A stretch of 62,959 nt of DNA, the filler included, from Piptocephalis cylindrospora (taxonomy: Eukaryota): assembly GCA_003614145.1 (NCBI GenBank). It is 12 parts of 12 records of this genome, joined end to end, with 100 filler letters (N's around TTAATTAATTAA, not from the genome) between each part and the next. Parts side by side here need not be neighbours in the genome. Positions count along the whole stretch, not along the records: positions 47,416 to 52,537 come from KZ988430.1; positions 52,638 to 57,755 come from KZ988431.1; positions 57,856 to 62,959 come from KZ988432.1; 9 more parts are not named here. The stretch is one strand, 5' to 3'. The notes below the pieces were generated by a model that saw only the letters and a program-made list of their open reading frames with translations, was not told the DNA's origin and did not search any database. The position numbers were made by a program, and so were the translations under genes. Numbering within the stretch: position 1 is the first letter of the stretch; each line of letters starts with the position of its first letter. Shown one piece after another: positions 47,416 through 59,513 of the stretch.

Positions 47416-49237
47416 TCCCATGACCACTGATCCATTTGGAAGCGTACTATTCTTCATACCGAGGATGGTGTTGGGGAGGGAATTTCTTTTTTCCCTCTCG
47501 ATTTTTAAAATTTAAAAAAAACACCCCCCAAAAACCCCCCCCCCCCCCCCGCCCTCTTATTGTGGAGATTGGTTGTCTTTTTGGATGATGTGGGGATGGT
47601 AACTCTTTGTTTTTGAGTAAATGAATTTCTACAAGGGAGCTTGATGCTATCGGCTGGTGTAGAGAGGAAAGAGACAGAGACTGGAATGACTATTGTTTGG
47701 GGAGATGCGAGAGTAATGCGCTTGTGTATTATGCTCAATGACGGGATTTTTTACTCGTAGTCTACTATTCTCGTAAACCATACAAGGAAAACCACCTGAA
47801 GGGCCATCCCTCAAGAAACATCAAGCGTTTAACCATGCACGCTGATGGGAGGGATCCGCTAGTTATTCAGTCAGGTCTACGGTGTTTGCCTATATACCCC
47901 CCGCTCATTGTCATACGGTTCGCCTGGATAGGGCGTGGGTCAGGTCATGAGCCATTAGAGGAGAGCACCATGTACACATCTACTTACATAACCCTTTCAT
48001 CTTGAATGATGCTGATATATCTCCTTGCTCAATCTTGCTGGGGTCCTCATGATAGCACGATGGTCCGGTAGGGTATCCCAGGTACGCCAGTTTACAGCAC
48101 ATAATAAGAGAACGAAGATATGCGCAGGACCACCTTATCTCATCCTCATGAGGTCCCCGGGTAGATCTTCAACAGAAACCACCTGTCCAGCTTAGTAGTC
48201 CCGTGCCCTCGTGAGTGTTTGTATGCAGCGCTTTGCCTCACCACCACCACATGGTATCCTTGCTATGCCCCTTCCTTGTGCACATGCTGTCTAGGAACAG
48301 GTGCAGTGAGTGGGAAGGGGCGGGGATGCTACACGTACCCACGCTGTGTGGGTGGGTCAAGGACCACATGCATGCTGTGTTTTTGCGGACCTTACCGTCT
48401 TTGACCATATGGGTACACGGATAGGCCGTCACTACCATTCCACACCCGCCCACACCAGTATTCCCCTTCTTCCAGGGTCTTCCACCCCCCTTGAACATGT
48501 CCTTAGAGAGGGCGAGTAGTTAGGTAAAGGCCTACCCTCCCCTCTCCCCATCCTCACTCACCGACCGATTGTTATGTCCTCTGAAGGGGAGATGGAGCCG
48601 TCGGGTTGAGAATGGCCTAGAGAAGATAGGGTCACTGTGTATCCTCCATCACACTTTGCCTCCATTACTCCTCTTCCCCTCCTCCAGGACCCTCGGCTCA
48701 AAGAACAACGATATCCTTCCTCGCCCTTCCCCGTCTCCTTCCGTTGGTTTCAATGGAACGGCGATACGGGGGAACGTCGCATGGCATCCCCCGTCTTTAT
48801 GGATGAGGGTAATGAGGGTGCGGAATATGATGAAATACTGGCCTCACCTTTCCTTTCGTCTCCTCTCTTGTTCGCCCCTTCTACTTCTCTATCCTCTATC
48901 ACCTTGTTCCCTTCCTTCCCCACCATTACTGATCTTGCTCAGTCATCCCTCTGGTGTGTTCGCATGAACTATTACCACCATTCCCTATTGCCGTCCTCAA
49001 TTGATCCCTGCACCCCTTAAACGGTCATACGCCCCCCCCCCTCCCCTCTCGGTTTCCAATTTATCTTTCCTTTCTTTCTCTTCTCTTGCTCACATCTTTT
49101 ATCTGGAACCTCCCTCTTTCGCTCCATCGCTGCTCCTATCTTCATCCCTAGTCTCCTAGCCTATCTGGTACAGAGCTTCCTCCTCCTCTTCCTCTTCCTC
49201 CTCTCCCTACCCCTTCATTCCAACACAAAAAGAGAGA

Positions 49238-50068
49238 ATGCCTCGATCCTCCGATTTTTGCTCTATGCCTCCTCCCCCGAGGCGGGGCCCTCCCGCCCGA
49301 CTGGCTCATCGTACCTCGAATCCTATATCGGGTATGCACCGGGCTCCAGGTGCCGGAAGCAATGCCATGTCCTCCACCTCCCTCTCTCCAGCGTCCTCCA
49401 TGTCCTCCTCCCGTTCATCCCACACCTCATCCTACTCTTCTTCTACTTCTAATGGCTCCTCCTCCTCGGCTACCCTCAAATCCCGAGTGCCTCTGGGGGT
49501 TATTACCGGTGATCCGGTTAGGCGTCGAAAGCTCGTCACAGTTGGGGATGGTCAGTGTGGGAAGACCTGTTTACTCATCCGGTACAGCGAGGGTCGATTC
49601 CCCGACCGGTATGTTCCGACAGTGTTTGAGAATTACGTGGCCCAGGTTATGGTTGAGGGGGTAGGACGGGTGGAACTGGCTCTGTGGGATACGGCTGGCC
49701 AGGAGGATTATGATCGACTTCGACCCCTTTCCTATCCCGAGACCGACGTAGTCCTCATCTGCTTTGCTCTCGACGCTCCCCCCTCACTGTCTAATGTCCT
49801 GGAACGATGGCATCCTGAAGTGGCCCATTTTTGTGAGTCAGTTCCCATCATCCTTGTGGGTTGCAAATCGGATCTACGCGAGTCAGGCAAAGCCCTAATT
49901 CCCATGGAACAAGGCCAAGAGGCCGCAGAGGCTATTGGAGCCCAGGCCTATATAGAGTGCAGTGCTCGGGTAGGCACGGGTGTGGGTGAGGTCTTTACTA
50001 TGGCAGGTCAAGTATCCACTTTTGTCAAATCCCGATCTTTCCGAAAGCGCGTCTGCAAGATGCTATAG
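49238..50068 (+). CDS. RHO4: Rho-family GTPase (Rho4-like) with Ser-rich N-terminal extension
   Basis: [48 protein letters not shown] and CAAX box CKML. Subfamily assignment is less certain than family. Confidence 0.8.
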   Translation: MPRSSDFCSMPPPPRRGPPARLAHRTSNPISGMHRAPGAGSNAMSSTSLSPASSMSSSRSSHTSSYSSSTSNGSSSSATLKSRVPLGVITGDPVRRRKLVTVGDGQCGKTCLLIRYSEGRFPDRYVPTVFENYVAQVMVEGVGRVELALWDTAGQEDYDRLRPLSYPETDVVLICFALDAPPSLSNVLERWHPEVAHFCESVPIILVGCKSDLRESGKALIPMEQGQEAAEAIGAQAYIECSARVGTGVGEVFTMAGQVSTFVKSRSFRKRVCKML

Positions 50069-50413
50069 GATAAAGAGGGAATGGCCTCCAAGAGTGTTAG
50101 ATGATAAGTGCTTGTGTCATAGACTAGACCGGGTATTCTTTTGGCTAAGGAGAAGTGTGAGGAGAGGAAGCAGATGTTGCGTAAAATATATACTTTTATC
50201 ATTTATGGGTTCAAGAGGATATAGGTAATTTCTACATGGTAGAGAGAGAGCATACTGTTGCTATTGGGCATGGCATTGAGTAAGGTCCACTTGCTCTTTG
50301 TATTTATAAGAGGAGCATAATCTGTAGTGAGAAAGTTACACAATCGCTTGGGTTCTTTTCCTACTTTATTAAAAGATGGTCTTAAGCCTCTCCGCAATGA
50401 CCAATTTATTCTA

Positions 50414-51154
50414 GGGGGCAATATCAGAAATGCCACATTCGTAAATAACATCAGAAATGCCCTTGCTTCCAAAGTAACATCAGGAGTGCCACACATCCGT
50501 AAACAATATCAGGAATGCCCCTCATCCTGCCACGGTATTTCAAACATGCCCCTCTATCTTGCCACACGATTCAGGCAACCTCCCATTATAGAGCCCATCA
50601 ATGCATTGCCCCTGTGGGGCAAATGGCGCCCGCACCTCGGAAGAGCTCACTCTCCTGGAGGATATGGTGTGAAGATGGGTATGAATGTGAGGTGTGGAGG
50701 GGTATTTGCAAGAAAGCACAGGATAGCTTAAAACCGCGTACACGATATGATCTGAGCCAGGAGCGCTTTGATTACAGGATACATGCTTGAGAATACTTAT
50801 CCTAGAGACGCGCCGATCCGGGGATAATCTAGGAAGGTATTTAAGACGACGAAGCAAGGGAGAACATTCCTACTTTGGGGTTCGTCCTTCCGTTTCTCTC
50901 TTTCCTTTTTTTCACTTTGATCCTCCCTTGGTTCGCGTTTCTGCTTGATCCTTGATTCACTTGGTTGAATTATTGGGTTGCCGTAGTCCCTATAGATGCT
51001 CCTGGGATGGAAGCGCTAGGCTTCAACGATTGTGGTAATAGGGATGGGCATTCCTGAAATGCTGTGGCAGGATGAGGGGCATTCCTGATATTGTTTACGG
51101 ATGTGTGGCACTCCTGATGTTACTTTGGAGCAAGGGTATTTCTGATATTATCCC
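50414..51154. mobile_element. Non-autonomous Mutator-like (MULE/Foldback-type) TIR element
   Basis: ~100-bp imperfect TIRs built of 27-31-bp subrepeats (core TCAGRARTGCC); GGG termini; 9-bp flanks TTTATTCTA (50405-50413) and TTCATTCTA (51155-51163). Confidence 0.72.
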
Positions 51155-51245
51155 TTCATTCTATTTACTCATGCAGTCTCTAAATCCTCCACCGTGGCAA
51201 GTCACACGCACTTGAAAAGGTGGTGGTATATAGCGACATATATTG

Positions 51246-51620
51246 TTTAGCAGTAAACAGCGAAATGTATTGGGAAAATTACAATTTTCCCTTTTCCTAA
51301 AAGTCCACAATATCGCTGCTTCTTCCATGGGTCTTCCGATCCCTCCTACCTTCTCTTGTGACTTCCTCCATTTCTCCATCGTTTCCCTTTCAATGGTCGT
51401 CCTCCTTTTGGTGCTCATCAGTATCCGAAGCAACATTCGTAATTCCTGCTTTAAATCTGATCTGAGCATCGTCTCGGATGAACTTGACACAATCCGTAGA
51501 ACTTCTCGATAAATACACCAAAGTGCGCGCCCAGTACCCAGGAGATTGAGTACACAATCGATGCCCCTTGAAAGCCTATACAGTGAGAGGATCACATCCT
51601 CCCATATATTCCCTCTGCTC
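51246..51620 (-). mobile_element. 3' portion of (TAC)n-tailed non-LTR element with ORF2-like C-terminus
   Basis: Homologous to 58167-58339; minus-strand peptide …GRALWCIYRE…EKWRKSQEKVGGIGRPMEEA; 5' boundary approximate. Confidence 0.55.
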
Positions 51621-52537
51621 TTCCATCAAAATAGTTATATCGGATTGATTTTTCCGTACTTTCTTCTAGATTGGCGGTTGGCAATGACAACGGAACAGGA
51701 TGTCAAAGTGGACCATGCGGATCTTCTGGTACAGTTTTTTTAGGAGCATTATTATAACTAAGGTAGTTCGTTACTACGAAATGTATCACTGTAGGAAATA
51801 TAACCCATTGTTGTAGGAGGATATGTGAAGATGACGGATGCATCACATACCTACCATGGGATTTCATGGTGGTAAAGGAGTGAGTGGGGTAGAAAGATGC
51901 AGAGTAAGCTCATCTTGCAGTGGCCTCTCCTCTTGACCTCCGTATATCTCCGCGAATTGCTTCTTGAGGTAAGTGACCTACTCATCCGTTCTACTTTGAC
52001 AAGCCCCACAATCTCCGATCTCACCTCCTTCCGTTGCTCCCATCAGTCGTCTTTTTCTCATGTTCTCTTGTTCTCGCTGGGAATGAAACATAGAACTAGA
52101 TACTCAGTAGCCACGCTTCGCAAGAGATGGGCCTTTAGCAATGGCCATATCTACGTTGATAGGACGAGGAGGTTCACAATGGCGGAGTTTAGCATCCCTG
52201 AATCCTCTGAGAAATGCTAGCGTTGGAACGGACACCAATGCCTGATGAGACATTACCACTCTGAACGTGCCAGACCCTTGATCCCCCAGGAGGATCGACA
52301 ATTCAAGGGATCAGAGTATACACCCAAGGAGGTTGTACCAATGAGCAACATGGGCATGGCAGATGGGCACTCGGGTGAGAGTGATACTGCAGTTTCGGTG
52401 CAACATCCGCGACTTCTTTGACAGATGCTCCCTTATCCCTTTTGTCTGTTGCGAGGTGCTGCCATTGCTGTTACAGGAGATACCTCACACTATCCCCTCC
52501 TCTTTTCTTATATGCATATCGAGACACAGTCCCATGA

Positions 52538-52637
52538 NNNNNNNNNNNNNNNNNNNNNNNNNNNNNNNNNNNNNNNNNNNNTTAATTAATTAANNNNNNN
52601 NNNNNNNNNNNNNNNNNNNNNNNNNNNNNNNNNNNNN
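52538..52637. other. Artificial contig linker
   Basis: 44N-TTAATTAATTAA-44N. Confidence 0.99.
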
Positions 52638-52684
52638 TTGGCAACAAGCCCAGTAAAGAAAGAAAAGGGGTAATGAAGGAAGAT

Positions 52685-52897
52685 GTAGAGCCCGTGAATC
52701 GAAATAGCCTACTAGAAAGGATAATGTCACCATTGACCCGACAAGCCGCTCATTCTCACTTCTCCCACACCTTCTTCCCCGACGATCAGATCAGCGAGGA
52801 GGATGTCCAAGAAGTGCTTGGCGCATTGCACCAATAAAGACACCCTCCGACAGGCTATGCCCAAGACGGCCCATTTTCGTCTCCATCAAATGTCATA
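52685..52897. repeat. 213-bp inverted copy of the AAA-ATPase last intron, last exon and 3' UTR
   Basis: Reverse complement of 53573-53785. Confidence 0.9.
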
Positions 52898-53632
52898 CAT
52901 ACATACCTCACATCATACCCCCTTCTTACAAAGCTTCCTAAAAACGGTATCTATTCATAGAGGTCACCTTTTCCTATCTCCTACTTCATGGGTATGGCAC
53001 TGGGTCAAGAGTACTAGTCTATCGTACTCCTCTGGTTGAATAATTTCTTGCTAGACTGCGCTCTATTCAACTGGTCTCATACTGCATCAGGCTCAATAAC
53101 ATGTAAACGATCCCGCGCACTGGATGTTCTGGGGCTTTCAAGGAAGAGGGATGAGATGGCTTGGCATAATCCAACAATGGGATGTACTTTCCTTTAGGAA
53201 CATGAAAAGAAATGCACCCCGTCTTCTGAGTGGCGCCGTTTAACAACATCATTCCCTCCTATACCGGATTGCCAAGCCATCTTTTTTTGCCAAGCCTGAT
53301 AGTCTTTCATGTGGGAGGATTCGCTTGCAAACTCTTTCCAAGAACCATTTGCATCATCCCAGCTAGGAAATGCACCTAGTTGGGCGGAGTTTTGTGTCCA
53401 ATCCACATCCGTGATTTGTGCAGATTTTGGATCGATGACACTTGCCCCAGACAACCAGAGGGATTGAGCTAGAGCTTCCTACACTCACCATATGTCTTTT
53501 CTGTTCGTAGTTAACCAAGAAGGGAGCGCTAGCAAGACGAATACTGCCTGTATGCTTTATTATTGTTATTATTATGACATTTGATGGAGACGAAAATGGG
53601 CCGTCTTGGGCATAGCCTGTCGGAGGGTGTCT

Positions 53633-56451
53633 TTATTGGTGCAATGCGCCAAGCACTTCTTGGACATCCTCCTCGCTGATCTGATCGTCGGGGAAGAAGG
53701 TGTGGGAGAAGTGAGAATGAGCGGCTTGTCGGGTCAATGGTGACATTATCCTTTCTAGTAGGCTATTTCGATTCACGGGCTCTACCCTTTCCTCTAATCC
53801 TTACCTCATCACTCTGGATATTGTCGCGCAATTTAGACATAGCTGCCTCTTGAAACATTCCTTCCAATTCAGCTCCTGCAAACAGTTAAGGGTGGAATAC
53901 GGAAGAGAGTCAAGTTGAATAGGGAGAGAAAGATTTAGTCTAAAGGGGAACACAGCTTTCATCCACATATTCCTACACCAGACACTGTCTACCTGATCGC
54001 CCTTGGGTCATCTGGACAAGCCTATCTATAAATGGATTGCTCAAACGAAGAGGCATGCGTGTAGAAAGACCATGAACAATGGCCCGTCTCATCTCGGGGC
54101 TTGGCAAAGGTAGATGAATCTGATAGTCAAAGCGTCCTGGGCGTAAAATAGCCTTGTCTAGAGCCTCTTTACGATTAGTTGCTGCATACATTGGGTATCA
54201 GCAAGGTAAATAAAGGATCCTGTCTTGGCGTCGTCATAAAACGCTCTCAGCTTACCAGCAAGGATAAAGACTTCTTGATCCGGAGACGCCTGTCTAGTGG
54301 ATACACCATCCATTTCTATCAAAAGCACGATTCCGACCCCATCCCCATGGTGATGTATGAGCCTTCCGATCCATCGTCATTGCTCATGGTTCAGTACAAA
54401 ACCAGACTCTTACCTGTGAGGAAACAAGAGACAACTCGGTCTCCGGAGCCTTCGGAGCTTTGTCCTTGGCCTCGTTGACTGAGTAAGGCGTCAATCTATC
54501 CTCCATCCAGCCCCAAAAGGACATTCATGAGTGGATGATAGAATAAGGTATTTTGAAATCCATGAGTTGTTTCTCCTCGCTGTCTTTCTTCATGATGCTA
54601 CTTACCTGGTCAATGAATAAAATGCATGGTGCGGTCGACCGAGCCCGTCGAAAGATCTCGGCTACCGCCTTTTCTGATTCTCCCACCATCATCGACCGGA
54701 TGGAAGTGGCCTTGTGAAAGGGTATGCTAAAGGGTCAAAATGGTGGACCAAGGCACTCTAGAGGGATACGCAAAAAAGATAACCCTACCTTGACGTGTAT
54801 AAAGTTAATACTCATCTCTTGTGCCAAGGCCATACACAACTTGGATTTCCCAGTGCCTGAAGGTCCATGAACCAAAATTCCCTTGGGGCTGCGGATTCCA
54901 TGAGATGCATAAAGGTGTGATTTTTTCAGAGCAAGTTGGACCACACTCTACGCCGTACAGTGTGATGTGAGAAGAGGGGAAAACAGGCTAGAAAAGGAGA
55001 ACTATACATTTTCTCCTCTTACTTACCCTTAGTTCGGAAATTCGATCGTCAAGCCCAAACAACATCTCAAAAGATACGTCGGGAGCCTAAGAGAAAGAAC
55101 ATTAGGTGGGTGTTGAAGTAGCATATAATGAAGTAAGCCATATGATTCAAGCGCCTTTATGTTTAGTACAGAAATGGATGACTTACCTTAGTGGAAAATG
55201 CGGCTAGCTCTGAGGGTGTAACACGGCTTAGGGCTTGCCGTAAATCCACCGCAGTAACCAGAGATCTTTGGGCCTCCCCGGAGGGGTGAAATTTGCGAGA
55301 GGACAAGTCTAGAGCAAGTTCATTGCACACACGGGCCAGGTCGGCAGGGGAGAAGCCATGGGCTTGGCGGGAAATTTCTTCAACACTGGTCTGTCGGTCC
55401 AACTTTGAAGTAAAAGCGTATCCTAGTTCATCCGAGAGAAAAAATGAGTAAGGGGCAATGAGGAGAGGGAGATGAGAGAAAAGTGAGATACGGGATAGGA
55501 GATGATTTAAGATGGCATGGCGCTGTATCACGGTCCGCGGCTTTAAATCAATGACATGCCCCAGGCGGCTATAGATGAGCAGTCGAGGATCAATGACTTC
55601 AGGACGATTCGTAATGCCTTGTAGAGGTAAAATGGGAATAAAATGAAGTGAAAAAGAGGAGGGTGAGTGGACTGGAGGCTAAAATGAGAAATACTGGCCT
55701 CGAACGCGCAGCTCACAGGCCAGATCAAAAGGCGCGTTCTTTCCTTCAAAATGTGGCATAAATAACCTACCGATAACAAAAAGATGGGAAGAAGTGTCGC
55801 TTGAAAAGGGCACTTCCAACTGACCGTCCAAGATGCGAATTAGTGTGGCTAGCACTCTAGCCTCTATCTCTGCTCCATCATTGTACCAGGACATGATCGA
55901 AAGGATATCATTACTACCGAAATCTTTTACCTCATCTCGAAAGTGTTACTTACGGTTAAATCCGCTCTCAGGTACAGGTAAATGAGCAATTAGATCAATG
56001 TCCTCCAGAACTAATAAGGCTGGGCCCGGGTGGGTAAGAAGACCCTGCGCAGCCTCCACAAGACCAGAATCTGCCTCTCCTGCGCCTATATCCTCCATTA
56101 CATGGATAATGAATACGAATGAGTAAGGGGAGTCATTAGGGGAATTCTGGTTTCTTTTAGCTTACCTTGGGAAAAGAGTTGACTACACGAGAGCATCGTG
56201 TAGGGTCGATCCGTCTTATTTAGGAACCACTGTACAGCGTAGCTTTTGCCACTACCAGGCCTGCCTTGGACAAGACATCCCCTTGGAGGGAGGCTCGATC
56301 CTGTAGGCAAAGGCTGGGCCAGGAGGAGCTGGCATATGTTGACCTGTCTTTCCAATTGCTCTGTTACGTCCTCCAGACCAGGTGGGGAAGTTGCTTGAAG
56401 AACCTCTCGCTCCGCTGCTCTGGTAGCCTGTTCCAAATCCATATTAGACAT
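53633..56451 (-). CDS. Two-domain AAA+ ATPase, CDC48/AFG2 (SPATA5-like) family
   Basis: D1 GRPGSGKS / LVLEDID; HGFSPADL; D2 GILVHGPSGTGKS, MVGESEKAV, PCILFIDQIDAL, FLIEMDG and AATNR..LDKAILRPGRFD; many introns; last exon ISEEDVQEVLGALHQ*. Confidence 0.8.
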
Positions 56452-56625
56452 AGTTGTCTAAAGCAGGCTGATAATGGGAGGGGACGAAACGATGGATGGG
56501 TTGAAGGAAAATAAGTGGAATAGGTCATTTTGACGCTCTTCTTTAATAGCACTCTAAGGACAGTCTCTCATGGTTACTTATCAACATAAACAACGAAGCT
56601 ACATTTTACGAAAAATCAAATGTAT

Positions 56626-57025
56626 CTGTGGGGCAATTGGTGTCCGCACATCGGAAGAGCGAGCTCTTCCAGAGGATATTAAGGTGTGAAGAGGGGGTAT
56701 GATGTGAGGTATGTATGTATGATGTGAGGTGTGTGTGCATGTGTGTATGCATGGTTGCAAGGAAGCATCGGATGGCTTAGAGGAAGTGTATGGGCATAGG
56801 ATCTGAGCCTAAAGTGATCTCACGACGGGATATATTTCATCTTACTCTAGAGGCTCTGTAACCAGAGATGGACCTGGGAAAGTATTTAACGTAATAAGGA
56901 AAAGAAAACCCTCTCGTTTTAGGGCCCGTCCTTGTGTTCGCTTCTTTTTCATACCTTTGGTCCTCCCTTGGTTCGTATCTTTGCATAAATCCTTGATTCA
57001 TTTGATTGAATCATTTGGATTATCA
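56626..57025. repeat. Diverged homolog of the interior of the 50414-51154 element, without visible TIRs
   Basis: Colinear blocks CTGTGGGGCAA, TCGGAAGAGC, GATCTGAGCC, TCCTCCCTTGGTTCG and ATCCTTGATTCA shared with 50622-50980. Confidence 0.7.
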
Positions 57026-57309
57026 CAGAGCCAAAGTTCTATCGCGGAGTTTGAGCGTTGTTCACAACTTCCCCAGCATAGAACATGTTGTGTATAGAGC
57101 ACCAGAAGAAACGTTACAATATCTCGGCTGGATGAGGATCCAGAAGGCATCTTGGGCCAGGAGGGGACAAGTGGGGATAAAGTGCTTTTGCATGAGAATT
57201 ACGTCGCACACCCCGTCCTTCCTTATTCCCCTTTCTCTCCCACCCCATCCTTGATCGGCCTTCACCGCCTGCCCTCGCCCCTTACGCAAGTTCATCCTCT
57301 ATCGCTCAG

Positions 57310-57755
57310 ATGGCCAGACAACGAAGAAGAGGACGTTCCCCGGGAAGACCTCGGTCTCCGGGGCCAAATAACTCGAATGAGACCTCAGGCTCCTCTTCAG
57401 CTACCTCTCACTCTCCCACCCAACAGATGAGTACGTCGCAGAATAAAGGGAATTCTGAGGAGAAGGGCCCGAAGAAGGTGTCTGTCGAACCAAGACCCCT
57501 TCGAGCGGTCAGCCAGCCCTACTGCCCGAACTTTTCCATCGCTATGCGGTGTCTCCTGGTCCCCCGAATTCTTGCTGCCATTCTACTTCCCGTAGCGGAT
57601 TGCGATGAGGTCTTCAACTACTGGGAGCCTTTGCATTACGCCACTTACGGCAATGGCCTTGAGACATGGGAGTACACTCCCGAATATGGCCTTCGTTCTT
57701 GGCTCTACATCTTCCTTCATTACCCCTTTTCTTTCTTTACTGGGCTTGTTGCCAA
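57310..57755 (+). CDS. ALG9: Alpha-1,2-mannosyltransferase Alg9, 5' fragment
   Basis: DCDEVFNYWEPLHY..YG.GLETWEYTPEYGLRSWLY signature; cut by contig end. Confidence 0.9.
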
Positions 57756-57855
57756 NNNNNNNNNNNNNNNNNNNNNNNNNNNNNNNNNNNNNNNNNNNNT
57801 TAATTAATTAANNNNNNNNNNNNNNNNNNNNNNNNNNNNNNNNNNNNNNNNNNNN
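57756..57855. other. Artificial contig linker
   Basis: 44N-TTAATTAATTAA-44N. Confidence 0.99.
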
Positions 57856-59513
57856 CTTGAACAAGGATCGGGCTGAAGTTCTCATGTAGAATAAGGATAA
57901 TGTTGCATGGGGCTCAAGGGTGTCCTTGCCCTTTGTAGTGCATGGTTAAGGGAGGGACGGGGTCATGATAAGCACTCCTTTGTGCATAGTAGGCGCTACC
58001 CAACAATAGCAAGGATGTATTGAGGAAGGTTAAAATCATCCCCTTTTTCTTAAAATATGTTTACCAAGCCACCTCTAGAGATTAGAATTCCCCAGCCAAA
58101 AGATAAATGGGTTTTCAAAGCAAAGTGATTAGAATTACTCACGATGGATCGCTCTTTCCAAACAAGTAGTAGTAAACAGCGAAATGTATTGGGAAAATTA
58201 CAACCTTCCCTTTTTCCTAAAAGTCTTCACAAATTTGTTTTGTAAAAGGTTCAGAACCTTTCCTCACGATATCGTTGCTTCCTCCATGGGTCGTCCGATC
58301 CCTCCTACATTATCCTGCAACCTCCACCATTTCTCCTCCCGCTCTTTCCAAACAAGCTCTAGGCTAATAATGACACTATCTAAAAATATTGGGAAAATAT
58401 GTTTTTTTTACACATTCATGACCAGCAAGCACTCACACCCATCGTCCATGTCTGTATTGACACAGCGTCATGGGTTGCACAGCGAGTTGTTTTTCCCAAG
58501 CCATATCCAGCATCTCACCTCTATTGGCTAACACGCTGATAAGAGTGGAAAAAGAAGGGGCCCATGGGGTGACAAAGGGCAAGCAGGAGACATGATGATG
58601 ATATAGCCGAGCTAATCAAAGGCAGCAACTATCTCTCTCCCCCCCTCTTTCTCTCTCTTTCAACAACATTCCCAGGATCAGATGTTTTTATCCCCGCTAT
58701 GCTACGCTTCGTTTGCTTGCTCTCTATGGATGCACCCACCATCCATACGGCTCATGTCCCAGCACCTCTATCAACAGATACGTCAGTCCCTTATCCTCGA
58801 CTTTGCACTTTTCAATTCACCCCAAGAAAAAGCCTCTCTTATAAACTACTCTACTATAGAATAGGCTATTTTTACTGTCGAACCCTACACATTTCCCTTC
58901 TTTTGCTTCTTTTAGATAATAATATGGAAAGGGAGAGAACCAGTCAAGTCAGCCGCTTTTTCATGCTCCTTTTCCCTTATCTATTCCCCTCTCCAAGACA
59001 CATATACTCTTCTCTCACACACCCTGTCTCATCCAGCCATGTATGGGGGGAACTCACACAGTAGGGGGCTGTGGAGTGGAAGAGTGCGGCGCGTCTTATC
59101 TTTGCACTGTAGGGTGTCGCGACTCAAACCCAATCCACCCAGAGCCTCATTGTCGCGTATTTGACCCAGCTCACTCAAACACACACACACACATAAGCTC
59201 CATGTACTCTCCCTAGTCGCTGTGTGGTGCATCTTCTTTATCAAACGTCTCGCGCACTCATCCACTATTTAACCAATAAAGGTGACATCAATGAGGCCCC
59301 AGAGGGAGGCTCCTCCCATTCTCCCTTCCTTCCTCACTCCCCTCCTCCTCACCCTCCTCTTCTTGTTTTCCTCCCTCAGGTCCTCCCTCTCCCCTTTAAC
59401 TCACTCCATCACCCACACCATGTCCACTCCCAACGACCAGATCACCACTCGTCTCGAGTGGCTTGCCAAGATGGACGTCAACATTGAGCCTGGTCACGTC
59501 CGGAAGAGCGGTA
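57856..59513. repeat. Left arm of 1658-bp inverted repeat
   Basis: Reverse complement of 61302-62959. Confidence 0.95.
58167..58339 (-). mobile_element. 5'-truncated (TAC)n-tailed non-LTR insertion with 17-bp TSD
   Basis: CGCTCTTTCCAAACAAG at 58150-58166 and 58340-58356; minus-strand end …CGCTGTTTACTACTA; mirrored in the right IR arm. Confidence 0.7.

Noticed and set aside
50420..50580. CRISPR-like repeat/spacer array
   Set aside because: Core only ~11 bp and degenerate, spacers related to one another and mirrored in the opposite arm, eukaryotic context with no cas genes; explained as TIR subrepeats.
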